The position numbers and the translations under genes were made by a program. From the NCBI GenBank assembly GCA_032654565.1, contig JAULAX010000015.1:704001-768000 (forward strand): a stretch of DNA of 64,000 nt, read 5' to 3'. How positions within the stretch are numbered: position 1 is the first letter of the stretch; each line of letters opens with the position of its first letter. This document shows positions 52,279 through 61,142 of this stretch, piece by piece. The notes below the pieces were generated by a model. The model was not told the origin of the DNA. It did not search any database and was given only the letters and a program-made list of their open reading frames with translations. The DNA is from Anaeromyxobacteraceae bacterium (GTDB lineage: Bacteria; Myxococcota; Myxococcia; Myxococcales; Anaeromyxobacteraceae).

Positions 52279-53481
52279 CTACGACGTCAGGATCAGCCTG
52301 GATATTTCCGGGGGCGACCCGAGCCGCATGGGGGGCCCCCAGTAGCCGGTCCCGCGCGAGACGTAGAGGTGGCCGGCGCGGTCCCCCGCCGCCTCCCGGT
52401 ACAGCCCCTTCACCCAGGGGAAGGCGGCCCGCACCGCGAAGTTGAAGGGGAAGAGCTGCCCGCCGTGGGTGTGGCCGGAGAGCTGGAGGTCGACGCCGGC
52501 GCGCACCGAGGCGAGGAAGTCGCGCGGCTGGTGGGCCAGCAGCACCAGCGGCTGCTGCCCCTGGTGTCCGGCCACCGCCCGGGCCAGGTCCATGCCGTGG
52601 CCGCCGCCGAACTGGGCGGCGCTCCAGTCGTCGACGCCGGCCAGGGTGAACCGGCCGCCCCCGTCGCCGATCTCCAGCTGCTCGTTCCGCAGCGGCCGGA
52701 TCCCCAGCTTCGGCAGCAGCTCCAGCCAGGCGTCCACCCCGGAGTAGTACTCGTGGTTTCCGGTGACGAAGAAGACGCCGTGGCGGGCCTTGAGCTTCGC
52801 CAGCTCGGCGACGATGTGCCCGAGCTCGCGCGGGGTGCCGTCCATGAGATCGCCGGTGATGGCGATCAGGTCGGGCCGCAGCGCGTTGGTCTGCTCCACC
52901 ACCCGCCGCACCTCCCGCTCGCGGATGGTGGGGCCGACGTGCAGGTCGGAGATCTGGGCGATGGAGAAGCCGGAGAGGGTGGGCGGGAGCGAGGGGAGGC
53001 GGATGGCCACCTCCTCGATCACCGCCGGGCCGGTGGCGCTCCGGAAGGCGGTGAGCCCGGCCCCGCCCGCCGCCAGCACCGCCCCGCCGGCCACGGCCCG
53101 GGCCACGAACTCCCGCCGGGCCGGGTCGGATGGCTGCTCGGGGAGCCGCCGGAGCCAGTCGCTGACCCAGGCGGAGAGCCAGGCCCCGGCCCGCACCAGG
53201 TCGGCGACCAGCAGGGAGGCGAAGAGCAGGAAGGCCAGCCCCATCCAGAGGAAGGCGGCGGTGGGGATGACCCGCACCCAGCTGCGCCCGGCCAGCCGCG
53301 CCGCGAAGAGGCCGAGCGGGATGAGCAGGCCGGCGCCGAGCAGCAGCCAGGTGAAGAGGCGGCGCCACGGCTCCGGCAGCGAGGGGTCACGGACCAGCCG
53401 GAGCCAGAGGTAGCCGTGCATGCCGCCGAGGATGGCGACGGCGACCACGAGGAAGACCAGGAAGGTGGCGAGGCGGGGCAC
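52279..53481 (-). CDS. Membrane-bound metallophosphoesterase (YkuE/YaeI-like)
   Basis: SDLH, TGDLMD, GNHE, LAHQP, SGHTHGGQ. Confidence 0.93.
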   Translation of the reverse strand: MPRLATFLVFLVVAVAILGGMHGYLWLRLVRDPSLPEPWRRLFTWLLLGAGLLIPLGLFAARLAGRSWVRVIPTAAFLWMGLAFLLFASLLVADLVRAGAWLSAWVSDWLRRLPEQPSDPARREFVARAVAGGAVLAAGGAGLTAFRSATGPAVIEEVAIRLPSLPPTLSGFSIAQISDLHVGPTIREREVRRVVEQTNALRPDLIAITGDLMDGTPRELGHIVAELAKLKARHGVFFVTGNHEYYSGVDAWLELLPKLGIRPLRNEQLEIGDGGGRFTLAGVDDWSAAQFGGGHGMDLARAVAGHQGQQPLVLLAHQPRDFLASVRAGVDLQLSGHTHGGQLFPFNFAVRAAFPWVKGLYREAAGDRAGHLYVSRGTGYWGPPMRLGSPPEISRLILTS

Positions 53482-53570
53482 GGCGGAGTCTCTAACCCCG
53501 ACGCGGGGCGGAAGCCAGCCCCGGAGCGGTGGGGGTGCGCCCGGGGGCGCCCGGCGCTAGGTTGCCCGGC

Positions 53571-53951
53571 ATGGACCGACTCCTCTTCGCCGCCGGGGCC
53601 TTCTCCGCCGCCATCGCCGTCGCCACCGGCGCCTTCGCCGCCCACGGCCTCAAGGCCCGCCTCGCCCCCGAGGCGCTGGCGGTCTTCGAGACCGGCGCCC
53701 GCTACCAGATGTACGCCGCGCTGGGGCTGCTGGCCGCCGCGTGGGCCGCCGCCCGCTGGAGCGGGGCCGCCGCCAGCTGGGGCGGCGGGCTGCTGCTGGC
53801 CGGGACCCTGCTCTTCTCCGGCAGCCTCTACGCGCTGGCCCTCACCGGGGTCCGCTGGCTGGGGGCGGTCACCCCGCTGGGCGGGGTGGCCTTCATCGCC
53901 GGCTGGGTGCTGCTGGCGGTGGCGGCGCTGCGGGCCGGACCGACGCCGTAG
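53571..53951 (+). CDS. DUF423 (YgdD) membrane protein
   Basis: GAFAAHGL, FETGARYQMY, FSGSLY, VTPLGG. Confidence 0.92.
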   Translation: MDRLLFAAGAFSAAIAVATGAFAAHGLKARLAPEALAVFETGARYQMYAALGLLAAAWAAARWSGAAASWGGGLLLAGTLLFSGSLYALALTGVRWLGAVTPLGGVAFIAGWVLLAVAALRAGPTP

Positions 53952-53981
53952 TCGGCGGACGGAGGCCCGCGCCGGGGGGGC

Positions 53982-55001
53982 TCAGCGCGGCAGCTGGGCC
54001 AGGAACCGCTCCCAGAGCGCCGGGCGCCGGCGGGAGTACATCCCGCGCTCCAGGTAGCGCTCCAGGAACCGGACGTTCTCCTCCAGCAGCCCGGGCCGGT
54101 CGCGCCGCAGCGCCAGCGCCCGCTCGATGGCCGGCAGCACCGGCTGGCCCGGCTCGACGTGGACCATCCCGTCCTCGGGCAGCGGGATGAGCGTCTGCAG
54201 CGGTCGGAAGTCGTTGGTCACGATCAGCGAGCGGGCGTAGATGGCCTCGTAGTGACGGTAGGACCAGGGGGCGTTCCCCTCCGGCGTCAGCGCCACCCGG
54301 CTCCGCTGCAGCGCCGCGAAGTACCGGCGGAACGGCACCTTGCCGCGCAGCGTGAACCCGGAGAGGTCGCCGTAGCGCTCCCGCAGCGCCGGCGTCACGG
54401 TCCGCTCCAGCAGGCCGCCCCAGAGCTGCAGGTGGCGCCCGTGGTCGCGCAGCTCCAGCAGCCACTGGACGCGCTGGTTGGGGACCAGCGCCGGGTCCTG
54501 GCCGCGCGGGTCGCGCCCGGTGGCGGCGCCGAGGAAGAGGACGTCGAAGCGGGACGAGGGCGGCGGGCGGTGCAGCGCCCGGCGCAGCCGGCCCCACTCC
54601 AGCGCCAGCCGCAGCTTGCCGTAGCGCCGGATGGGCCCCACCCCCATGGTGATGCCGAAGTCCCAGCGCCGGTCGGTCCAGGCCTTGAGGTAGAGGGAGG
54701 CGGCGCCGCGGAGCAGGGGGCGGTTGGCGTCGGTCCAGAGCGGGTAGTGGTGGTCGAAGAGGTCGAAGAGCACCAGGTGGCGGCAGCGCAGCCGGGCCAG
54801 GTGCCGGTCGGTGACCGGGCTGGGGAGGCCGAGGAAGACGTACTCGGCCTCGACCGGGCCGCCGCGCAGCAGGTCGGCGGCCGAGGTGCAGCCCACCGCG
54901 CCGAAGCCGGCGTAGGTGCGCAGGAACTGGACCAGGGTGCGGCCGCTGACGCCGCGGCCGTGGCCGGGCAGCTCGCTCATCACCACCAGGAACTTCCTCA
55001 T
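53982..55001 (-). CDS. Hypothetical protein, glycosyltransferase-like
   Basis: DVLFLG and SRVALTPEGNAPWSYRHYEAI resemble a GT-B C-terminal motif. Confidence 0.6.
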   Translation of the reverse strand: MRKFLVVMSELPGHGRGVSGRTLVQFLRTYAGFGAVGCTSAADLLRGGPVEAEYVFLGLPSPVTDRHLARLRCRHLVLFDLFDHHYPLWTDANRPLLRGAASLYLKAWTDRRWDFGITMGVGPIRRYGKLRLALEWGRLRRALHRPPPSSRFDVLFLGAATGRDPRGQDPALVPNQRVQWLLELRDHGRHLQLWGGLLERTVTPALRERYGDLSGFTLRGKVPFRRYFAALQRSRVALTPEGNAPWSYRHYEAIYARSLIVTNDFRPLQTLIPLPEDGMVHVEPGQPVLPAIERALALRRDRPGLLEENVRFLERYLERGMYSRRRPALWERFLAQLPR

Positions 55002-55005
55002 CCGG

Positions 55006-56487
55006 TCAGGTCTCCTCGGCCTGCCCGAAGAGCAGGCGCACCAGGGCGGCGTCGGTGGGCGAGGCCGAGACGTAGACGTGGTCGCCGGGGGTGAGCACGG
55101 TGCGGCCGCGGGCCGCCACCAGCTGCCGGCCGCGCAGCACCAGCATCACCGCGGCGTCGGGCGGCAATGGCAGGTCGGAGATGCGGGCCCCGGCCACGGC
55201 GCTGGCCGGATCGACCTGGAAGACCATCATCTCGCCGCTGAGCGGCTGGGTGCTCACCAGCTCCAGCACCGCCCGCGGCGCCGGCGGCGTGGCCTCCTCC
55301 AGCCCCAGCCGGCGGGCCAGCCAGCGGGCGCTGCCGCCCTGCAGGGCCGTGCTCACCAGCACCACGAAGAAGACCAGGTCGAAGATGCCGGTGGCGCCCG
55401 CCACCCCCTCCAGCACCGGGTAGCAGGCCAGGATGATGGGCACCGCGCCCCGCAGCCCCACCCAGGCGATGAACGCCACTTCACGCCAGGTGAACCCAAA
55501 GGGGAGCAGGCAGGCGGCCACCACCGCCGGCCGGGCCACCACCGCCAGCAGGAAGCCGACCAGCAGGCCGGTGGAGGCCTGGCCCATGACCCGGCTGGGG
55601 AAGGCCAGCAGCCCGAGCAGCAGGAACATCCCGACCTGGCTGAACCAGGCGATGGCGTCGTGGACCCGCCGCAGGCCGGGCAGGTAGGGGATCCGGCCGG
55701 CGCCGATCACCATGGCGGCCACGTAGACGGCGAGGAACCCGGAGCCCCAGAGCAGGGAGGGGACGCCGAAGGCCAGCAGCGCCAGGGCCAGGGAGAGGAC
55801 CGGGTAGAGCCCGGCGGCGGAGAGGCGGGCCCGGGTCATCAGCTGCCGCCCCCCCCAGCCGATGGCGGCGCCGCCGGCCGCCCCCACCGCCAGCTGCAGC
55901 ACCACCTCGACCGCCAGCCCCCAGCCGAGCGGCTGGCCGCTGGTGGCGGCGGTGGTCAGCGAGAGGGTGAGGATGACCGCCATGGGGTCGTTGAGCCCCG
56001 ACTCCAGCTCCAGCACCCGGCCCACCCGGGCCCGCAGCGAGACCCCGCCGCCGCGCAGCACCGAGAAGACCGCGGCGGCGTCGGTGGAGGAGACCACCGC
56101 GCCGAAGATGAGCGCCTGCGGCCAGGGCAGGCCGAAGAGGAAGGCCGCCAGCGCCGAGAGCGCCGCGGTCCCCAGCACCCCGACGGTGGCCAGCGCCGCG
56201 GCCGGGGCCAGGGCGCCGCGCAGGCTGCTGAGCGGGGTGTTGAGGCCGCCGTCGAAGAGGATCAGCACCAGCGCCACCGTCCCCAGCCGGAAGGCCAGGC
56301 CGTAGTCGCTGAAGTGGATGCCGCCCAGGCCGTCCGAGCCGGCCACCATCCCCACCGCCAGGAAGATCAGGGCGGCCGGCACCCCCAGCCGGCCCGAGGT
56401 GCGGCTCACCAGCACCCCGGCGGCGAGCAGGACGCCGGCGGCGGCGAGCAGGAGGGCGGTGGCCAGCGGTTCGTGCAAGCCCGGCAA
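55006..56487 (-). CDS. cvrA: K+/H+ antiporter (NhaP2/CvrA) with TrkA_C domain
   Basis: LILFDGGL, SSTDAAAVF, ESGLNDP, GLRGAVPI; start uncertain. Confidence 0.9.
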   Translation of the reverse strand: MPGLHEPLATALLLAAAGVLLAAGVLVSRTSGRLGVPAALIFLAVGMVAGSDGLGGIHFSDYGLAFRLGTVALVLILFDGGLNTPLSSLRGALAPAAALATVGVLGTAALSALAAFLFGLPWPQALIFGAVVSSTDAAAVFSVLRGGGVSLRARVGRVLELESGLNDPMAVILTLSLTTAATSGQPLGWGLAVEVVLQLAVGAAGGAAIGWGGRQLMTRARLSAAGLYPVLSLALALLAFGVPSLLWGSGFLAVYVAAMVIGAGRIPYLPGLRRVHDAIAWFSQVGMFLLLGLLAFPSRVMGQASTGLLVGFLLAVVARPAVVAACLLPFGFTWREVAFIAWVGLRGAVPIILACYPVLEGVAGATGIFDLVFFVVLVSTALQGGSARWLARRLGLEEATPPAPRAVLELVSTQPLSGEMMVFQVDPASAVAGARISDLPLPPDAAVMLVLRGRQLVAARGRTVLTPGDHVYVSASPTDAALVRLLFGQAEET

Positions 56488-56570
56488 CCTTACCAGCCTC
56501 CGGGCGCATCGCCCGGCCGCGGGGAACGTCCCTCACTCGAGGGGGGAGGTATGGCAGGATGCCGCCCCAC

Positions 56571-57878
56571 ATGAGCCCGTCCGCCCCCCCCGCGAGACTC
56601 CCCTCACAGATCTGGTTCCTGGCCTGGAACGAGGCGGCCGAGCGCTTCTCCTACTACGGGATGACCTCGATCCTCACCCTGCACATGGTGAAGAACCTGG
56701 GGCTGGGGGAGAGCCAGGCCATCGCCGGCTACCAGTACTTCGTCTTCGGGGTCTACCTGACCCCCATCCTCGGGGCGCTGGTCTCCGACCTCTTCTGGGG
56801 CCGGTACCGGACCATCCTCTGGCTCTCCTTCGGCTACGTGGCCGGCCACGCCACCATCGCCCTCTGGGAGGGGCCGGTGGGGCTGCTGGCCGGGCTGGCG
56901 CTGATCGCCGTCGGCGCCGGGGGCATCAAGCCGTGCGCCTCGGCCTTCGCCGCCGACCAGGTGCCGGCGGGCGACGACCGGGCGGTGGAGCGCGTCTACA
57001 ACCTCTACTACTGGATGATCAACCTCGGGTCGTTCTGCTCCACGCTGGTCATCCCCTGGCTCTTCGACGCCCACGGCCCGCGGGTGGCCTTCGGCGTGCC
57101 CGGGCTGGCCATGGCGCTGGCGCTGCTGGTCTTCTGGGTGGGGCGCGGACGCTACCTGCGCCACCCGCCGGCGGTGGCGGTGCGGGCGGCGGCGGCGCGG
57201 GCCGGGGCGGAGGCGCCGGCGCGGCTGGGGGTGGGCGGGACGCTCCGGGCGGTGGGCTGGATCGCCGCCATCTTCGCGCCGGTGGCGGCCTTCTGGGCGC
57301 TCTACTTCCAGTACGGCTCGGCCTGGACCCTGCAGGCCGACAAGCTGGACCGGGTGGTGGCCGGCTTCGAGATCTCCACCGGCCAGGTGCAGACCCTCAA
57401 CGCGGTGCTGGTGCTGGTGCTCATCCCGCTCTTCACCCTGGTGATCTACCCGGCGCTGGTGCGGGCCGGGGTGGCGGTGACGCCGCTGCGCAAGATGTCG
57501 GTGGGGATGTTCATGGCCGGGCTCTCCTTCGTGGCCGCCGCCTGGGTGGAGGGGCAGCTGCAGGCGGGCGGCCACCCCCACGTGGCGGCGCAGCTGCCGC
57601 AGTACGTGCTGATGGGGATCGGCGAGGTGCTGGTGAGCGTCACGGCGCTGGAGTTCGCCTACACCCAGGCGCCGCCGCAGCTGAAGAGCCTGGTGATGGG
57701 GCTCTGGTACCTGACCATCTCCGGCGGCAGCCTGCTGGCGGCGGTGGTGGCCGGGCTCAACCGCTGGCGCGGCGTCGGCTACTACCACTTCTACGCCTGG
57801 CTGATGCTGGGGGCCGCGGTGCTCTTCTTCCTGGTGGCGCTGGCCTGGCGCGCCACCCGCCGCCCCGCCGCCGCCTGA
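56571..57878 (+). CDS. POT/PTR2-family proton-dependent oligopeptide transporter (copy 1)
   Basis: EAAERFSYYG (ExxERF), GGIKP, YWMINLGS, LEFAYTQAP. Confidence 0.93.
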   Translation: MSPSAPPARLPSQIWFLAWNEAAERFSYYGMTSILTLHMVKNLGLGESQAIAGYQYFVFGVYLTPILGALVSDLFWGRYRTILWLSFGYVAGHATIALWEGPVGLLAGLALIAVGAGGIKPCASAFAADQVPAGDDRAVERVYNLYYWMINLGSFCSTLVIPWLFDAHGPRVAFGVPGLAMALALLVFWVGRGRYLRHPPAVAVRAAAARAGAEAPARLGVGGTLRAVGWIAAIFAPVAAFWALYFQYGSAWTLQADKLDRVVAGFEISTGQVQTLNAVLVLVLIPLFTLVIYPALVRAGVAVTPLRKMSVGMFMAGLSFVAAAWVEGQLQAGGHPHVAAQLPQYVLMGIGEVLVSVTALEFAYTQAPPQLKSLVMGLWYLTISGGSLLAAVVAGLNRWRGVGYYHFYAWLMLGAAVLFFLVALAWRATRRPAAA

Positions 57879-57892
57879 CCACCCCGCCCTCC

Positions 57893-59296
57893 ATGACCGC
57901 CGCCACCGCCACCGCCGCCGACCAGCGCTACCCGCCGCAGGTGAAGTACATCGTCGGCAACGAGGCCTGCGAGCGCTTCTCCTTCTACGGGATGCGCTCG
58001 GTGCTGGTGATCTACATGGCCGGGTACCTGCTCTACCCCGACCAGGAGGCCAAGGAGGGGTACCACCTCTTCATGATGATGACCTACCTGACCCCGCTGC
58101 TGGGGGGGTGGATCGCCGATCGCTTCTGGGGCCGCTACAAGACCATCCTCTGGATCTCGCTCTTCTACGTGCTCGGCCACCTCACCCTGGCCTTCTGGGA
58201 GAGCCGGGCCGGCTTCGTCACCGGGCTGATCCTCATCACCCTCGGCTTCGGCGGCATCAAGCCCTGCGTCTCGGCCTTCGTCGGCGACCAGTTCCGGCCC
58301 GAGCAGAAGCTGCTGATGCAGAAGGTCTACGGCTGGTTCTACTGGGTCATCAACCTCGGCTCGGCCACCGCCAAGCTGCTCATCCCCTGGCTGCTGCGCC
58401 GCTACGGCCCTTCGGTGGCCTTCGCGGTGCCGGGCATCTTCATGGCCATCGCCACCCTGGTCTTCTGGGCCGGCACCCGCCACTACGTGCGCGCCCCGCC
58501 GTCCGGCCCCAACCCCCACGGCTTCCTCGACGTGCTCTGGTACGCGGGCCGCCGCCTCGGCACCCACCGGGCCGGGCAGAGCTGGCTCGACACGGCGCTG
58601 GAGCGCCACCCCGCCGAGGCGGTGGAGGGGGCGCGGGCGGTGCTGCGCATCATGGGGGTCTTCGGGGCGGTCACCGTCTTCTGGGCCCTCTTCGACCAGA
58701 CCGGCTCGAGCTGGGTGCTGCAGGGGAAGCAGCTGGTCAGCACCGTCGGCCCGTTCACGCTGGGCGGGCTGGCGATCGGCCCCTGGGACCTGGACCCGGC
58801 GCAGCTGCAGGCGCTCAACCCCTTCCTGGTCATGGCGCTGGTCCCGCTCTTCACCTGGGTGGTCTTCCCGGGGCTGGCCCGGCGCGGCTTCACCCTGGCG
58901 CCGCTCACCAAGATGACCGCCGGCATGTTCCTCGCCGTGCTCTCCTTCGTGGCCGCGGCGGTGCTGCAGTGGCGCGTCGACGGCGGCCACCCCACCGGCC
59001 TGCTCTGGCAGTTCCCCCAGTACCTGCTGCTCACCACCGCCGAGGTGCTGGTCTCGGTGACCGGCCTGGAGTTCAGCTACACCCAGGCGCCGCGCTCGAT
59101 GCGCTCGACCATCATGTCGATCTGGTTCCTCACCACCTTCCTGGGGAACCTGCTCACCTTCCTGGTCCAGTTCGTGCGGCTCTCCGGCGCCACCTACTTC
59201 GGCTTCTTCGCCCTGCTCATGCTGGCGGCCGCCTTCGGCTTCCGCATCATGGCCAGGCGTTACCAGGCGTCCGGCGCATCCGGCCCCACGAGGTGA
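57893..59296 (+). CDS. POT/PTR2-family proton-dependent oligopeptide transporter (copy 2)
   Basis: EACERFSFYG, GGIKPCVSAFVGDQF, LFDQTGSSW, LEFSYTQAP. Confidence 0.94.
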   Translation: MTAATATAADQRYPPQVKYIVGNEACERFSFYGMRSVLVIYMAGYLLYPDQEAKEGYHLFMMMTYLTPLLGGWIADRFWGRYKTILWISLFYVLGHLTLAFWESRAGFVTGLILITLGFGGIKPCVSAFVGDQFRPEQKLLMQKVYGWFYWVINLGSATAKLLIPWLLRRYGPSVAFAVPGIFMAIATLVFWAGTRHYVRAPPSGPNPHGFLDVLWYAGRRLGTHRAGQSWLDTALERHPAEAVEGARAVLRIMGVFGAVTVFWALFDQTGSSWVLQGKQLVSTVGPFTLGGLAIGPWDLDPAQLQALNPFLVMALVPLFTWVVFPGLARRGFTLAPLTKMTAGMFLAVLSFVAAAVLQWRVDGGHPTGLLWQFPQYLLLTTAEVLVSVTGLEFSYTQAPRSMRSTIMSIWFLTTFLGNLLTFLVQFVRLSGATYFGFFALLMLAAAFGFRIMARRYQASGASGPTR

Positions 59297-59763
59297 ACGT
59301 GCTGTTCAAGGAAACCGCGATGGTCCGCATGCTGGGGCTGAAGATCCCGCTGCTGTTCTTCCTCGGCCCCCAGGTGCTGCGGCTCGACGAGACCGGCTGC
59401 ACCGTGAGGATCCCCTTCGGCTGGCGGTCGAAGAACCACGTCGGCTCCATGTACTTCGGCGCCCTCTGCGCCGGGGCCGACCTGGCCGGCGGGCTGCCGG
59501 CCTTCCGGGCCATCCAGGCCGGTCACCCGAAGATCGTCATCGTCTTCGCCGACGTCGAGGGGAAGTTCCTCAAGCGGGCCGACGGCGACGTCCACTTCGC
59601 CTGCGAGCAGGGGGCGGAGGTGGCGGCGGCGGTGGAGAAGGCCGACCGGACCGGCGAGCGGATCACCATGCCGGTCCACGTCACCTGCACCGTCCCGGAC
59701 CGCTACGGGGACGAGCCGGTGGCCCGCTTCACGCTCGGCCTGTCGATGAAGCGAAAGGGCTGA
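59293..59763 (+). CDS. Hot-dog fold thioesterase-like protein (DUF4442/YiiD-like)
   Basis: KNHVGSMYFGAL..GAD, FLKRADGDV; GTG start overlaps the POT stop. Confidence 0.8.
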   Translation: MNVLFKETAMVRMLGLKIPLLFFLGPQVLRLDETGCTVRIPFGWRSKNHVGSMYFGALCAGADLAGGLPAFRAIQAGHPKIVIVFADVEGKFLKRADGDVHFACEQGAEVAAAVEKADRTGERITMPVHVTCTVPDRYGDEPVARFTLGLSMKRKG

Positions 59764-59795
59764 CCGGGCCGGTCGCCCGCGCTAGGATTCCAGCC

Positions 59796-61142
59796 ATGCG
59801 CGCCCTGCTCCTGGCCGTCGCCCTCGCCGCCGCCGCCCCGGCCGCCGCCGCCGGGGCGCTCCCCTTCGTCGCCGACGACTACGCCACGGCGCTGGCCGAC
59901 GCCCGGGCCCGCAACGTGCCGCTGGTGGTGGACGTCTGGGCCCCCTGGTGACCCACCTGTCGCTTCATGCGGGCCAACGTCCTCACCGACGCGCGCCTGC
60001 TGAAGCTGGCCGGGCAGTTTGCCTGGCTCGACATCGACACCGAGCAGCCGCGCAACTTCGCCTTCGTGGAGCGGTTCCCCATCGAGGCCTGGCCGACCAT
60101 CCTGGTCATCGACCCGACCCGCGAGCAGGTGGCGCTGCGCTGGATGGGGACGGCCACCGCCGAGGAGCTGGAGCGGCTGTTGCTGGGGACCGCCCGGACG
60201 CTTCGGCACGACCGGACCGACGCCGCCGGGGCCGCCCTGGCCCGCGGCGCGGCGCTGGCCTCGGCGCGGAAGCACGCCGAGGCGGCGGCGGCCTACCGCG
60301 AGGCGCTTGAGGCCGGCGGCCCGGGGTGGACCGGTCGGGCCGGCGCGGCCGACGCCCTGCTGCAGGCGCTCTCCCTGGCGCGTGATCCGGCCCGGTGCGC
60401 CGGCGAGGCGCGCCGGCTGCTGCCGACGCTCCCGCCCGGACCGGCGGCGGCCCGGGTGGCGGCGGCCGGGCTCGGCTGCGCCACCTCGGTCGAGGCGCCG
60501 GGGGCTCGCGCCGAGGCGCTGGCGGCGCTGGAGCCGGCCGCCCGCGGCGCGCTGCGCTTCCCGGAGGTGCCGAGCGACGACCGCTCCGGGCTCTACGAGG
60601 CGCTGCAGAACGCCCGGAAGGCCAGCCAGGACGAGGCCGGGGCCCGGGCGGTGGCCCGCGAGTGGCTCGACTGGATCGAGGTCGAGTCGGCCCGGGCCAC
60701 CACGCCGCTCTCCCGCTCCGCCTTCGACGGGGCCCGGCTCTCCACCGCCATGGCCCTCGGCGAGGTGATCCGGGTGCTGCCGGCGCTGGAGGCCTCGGCC
60801 CGGGCCTTCCCCGACCAGTACTTCGCGCTGGCCTACCTGGCCCGCGCCCAGCTCGAGGCGGGGAGGCCAACCCAGGCCGCCGCCACCGCCCACGCCGCGG
60901 CCAGGCTGGCCGACGGCCCGCGCAAGGTGAACGTGCTGCTGGTCGAGGCCCGGGCGCTGCGGGCCGGCGGCGACCTGGCCGGGGCCCGCGCCGCGGTGGA
61001 CCAGGCCCTCCGCCACGGGGAGGGGCTGCCCGAGGCGGTGCGCCCCAAGGGCGTGCTCAAGGCGGCGGCCAGGCTGCGCGACGAGCTGGCGGCCCAGCCG
61101 GCCGCCCCGGCGGCTACGCCGGCCGCTCGTCCATCACCCTGA
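59796..61142 (+). CDS. Exported thioredoxin-fold + TPR-like selenoprotein (448 aa; UGA at 59949-59951 read as Sec52)
   Basis: Signal peptide, then [32 protein letters not shown]; cis-Pro motif AWPT; in frame with the 59967..61142 ORF. Confidence 0.85.
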
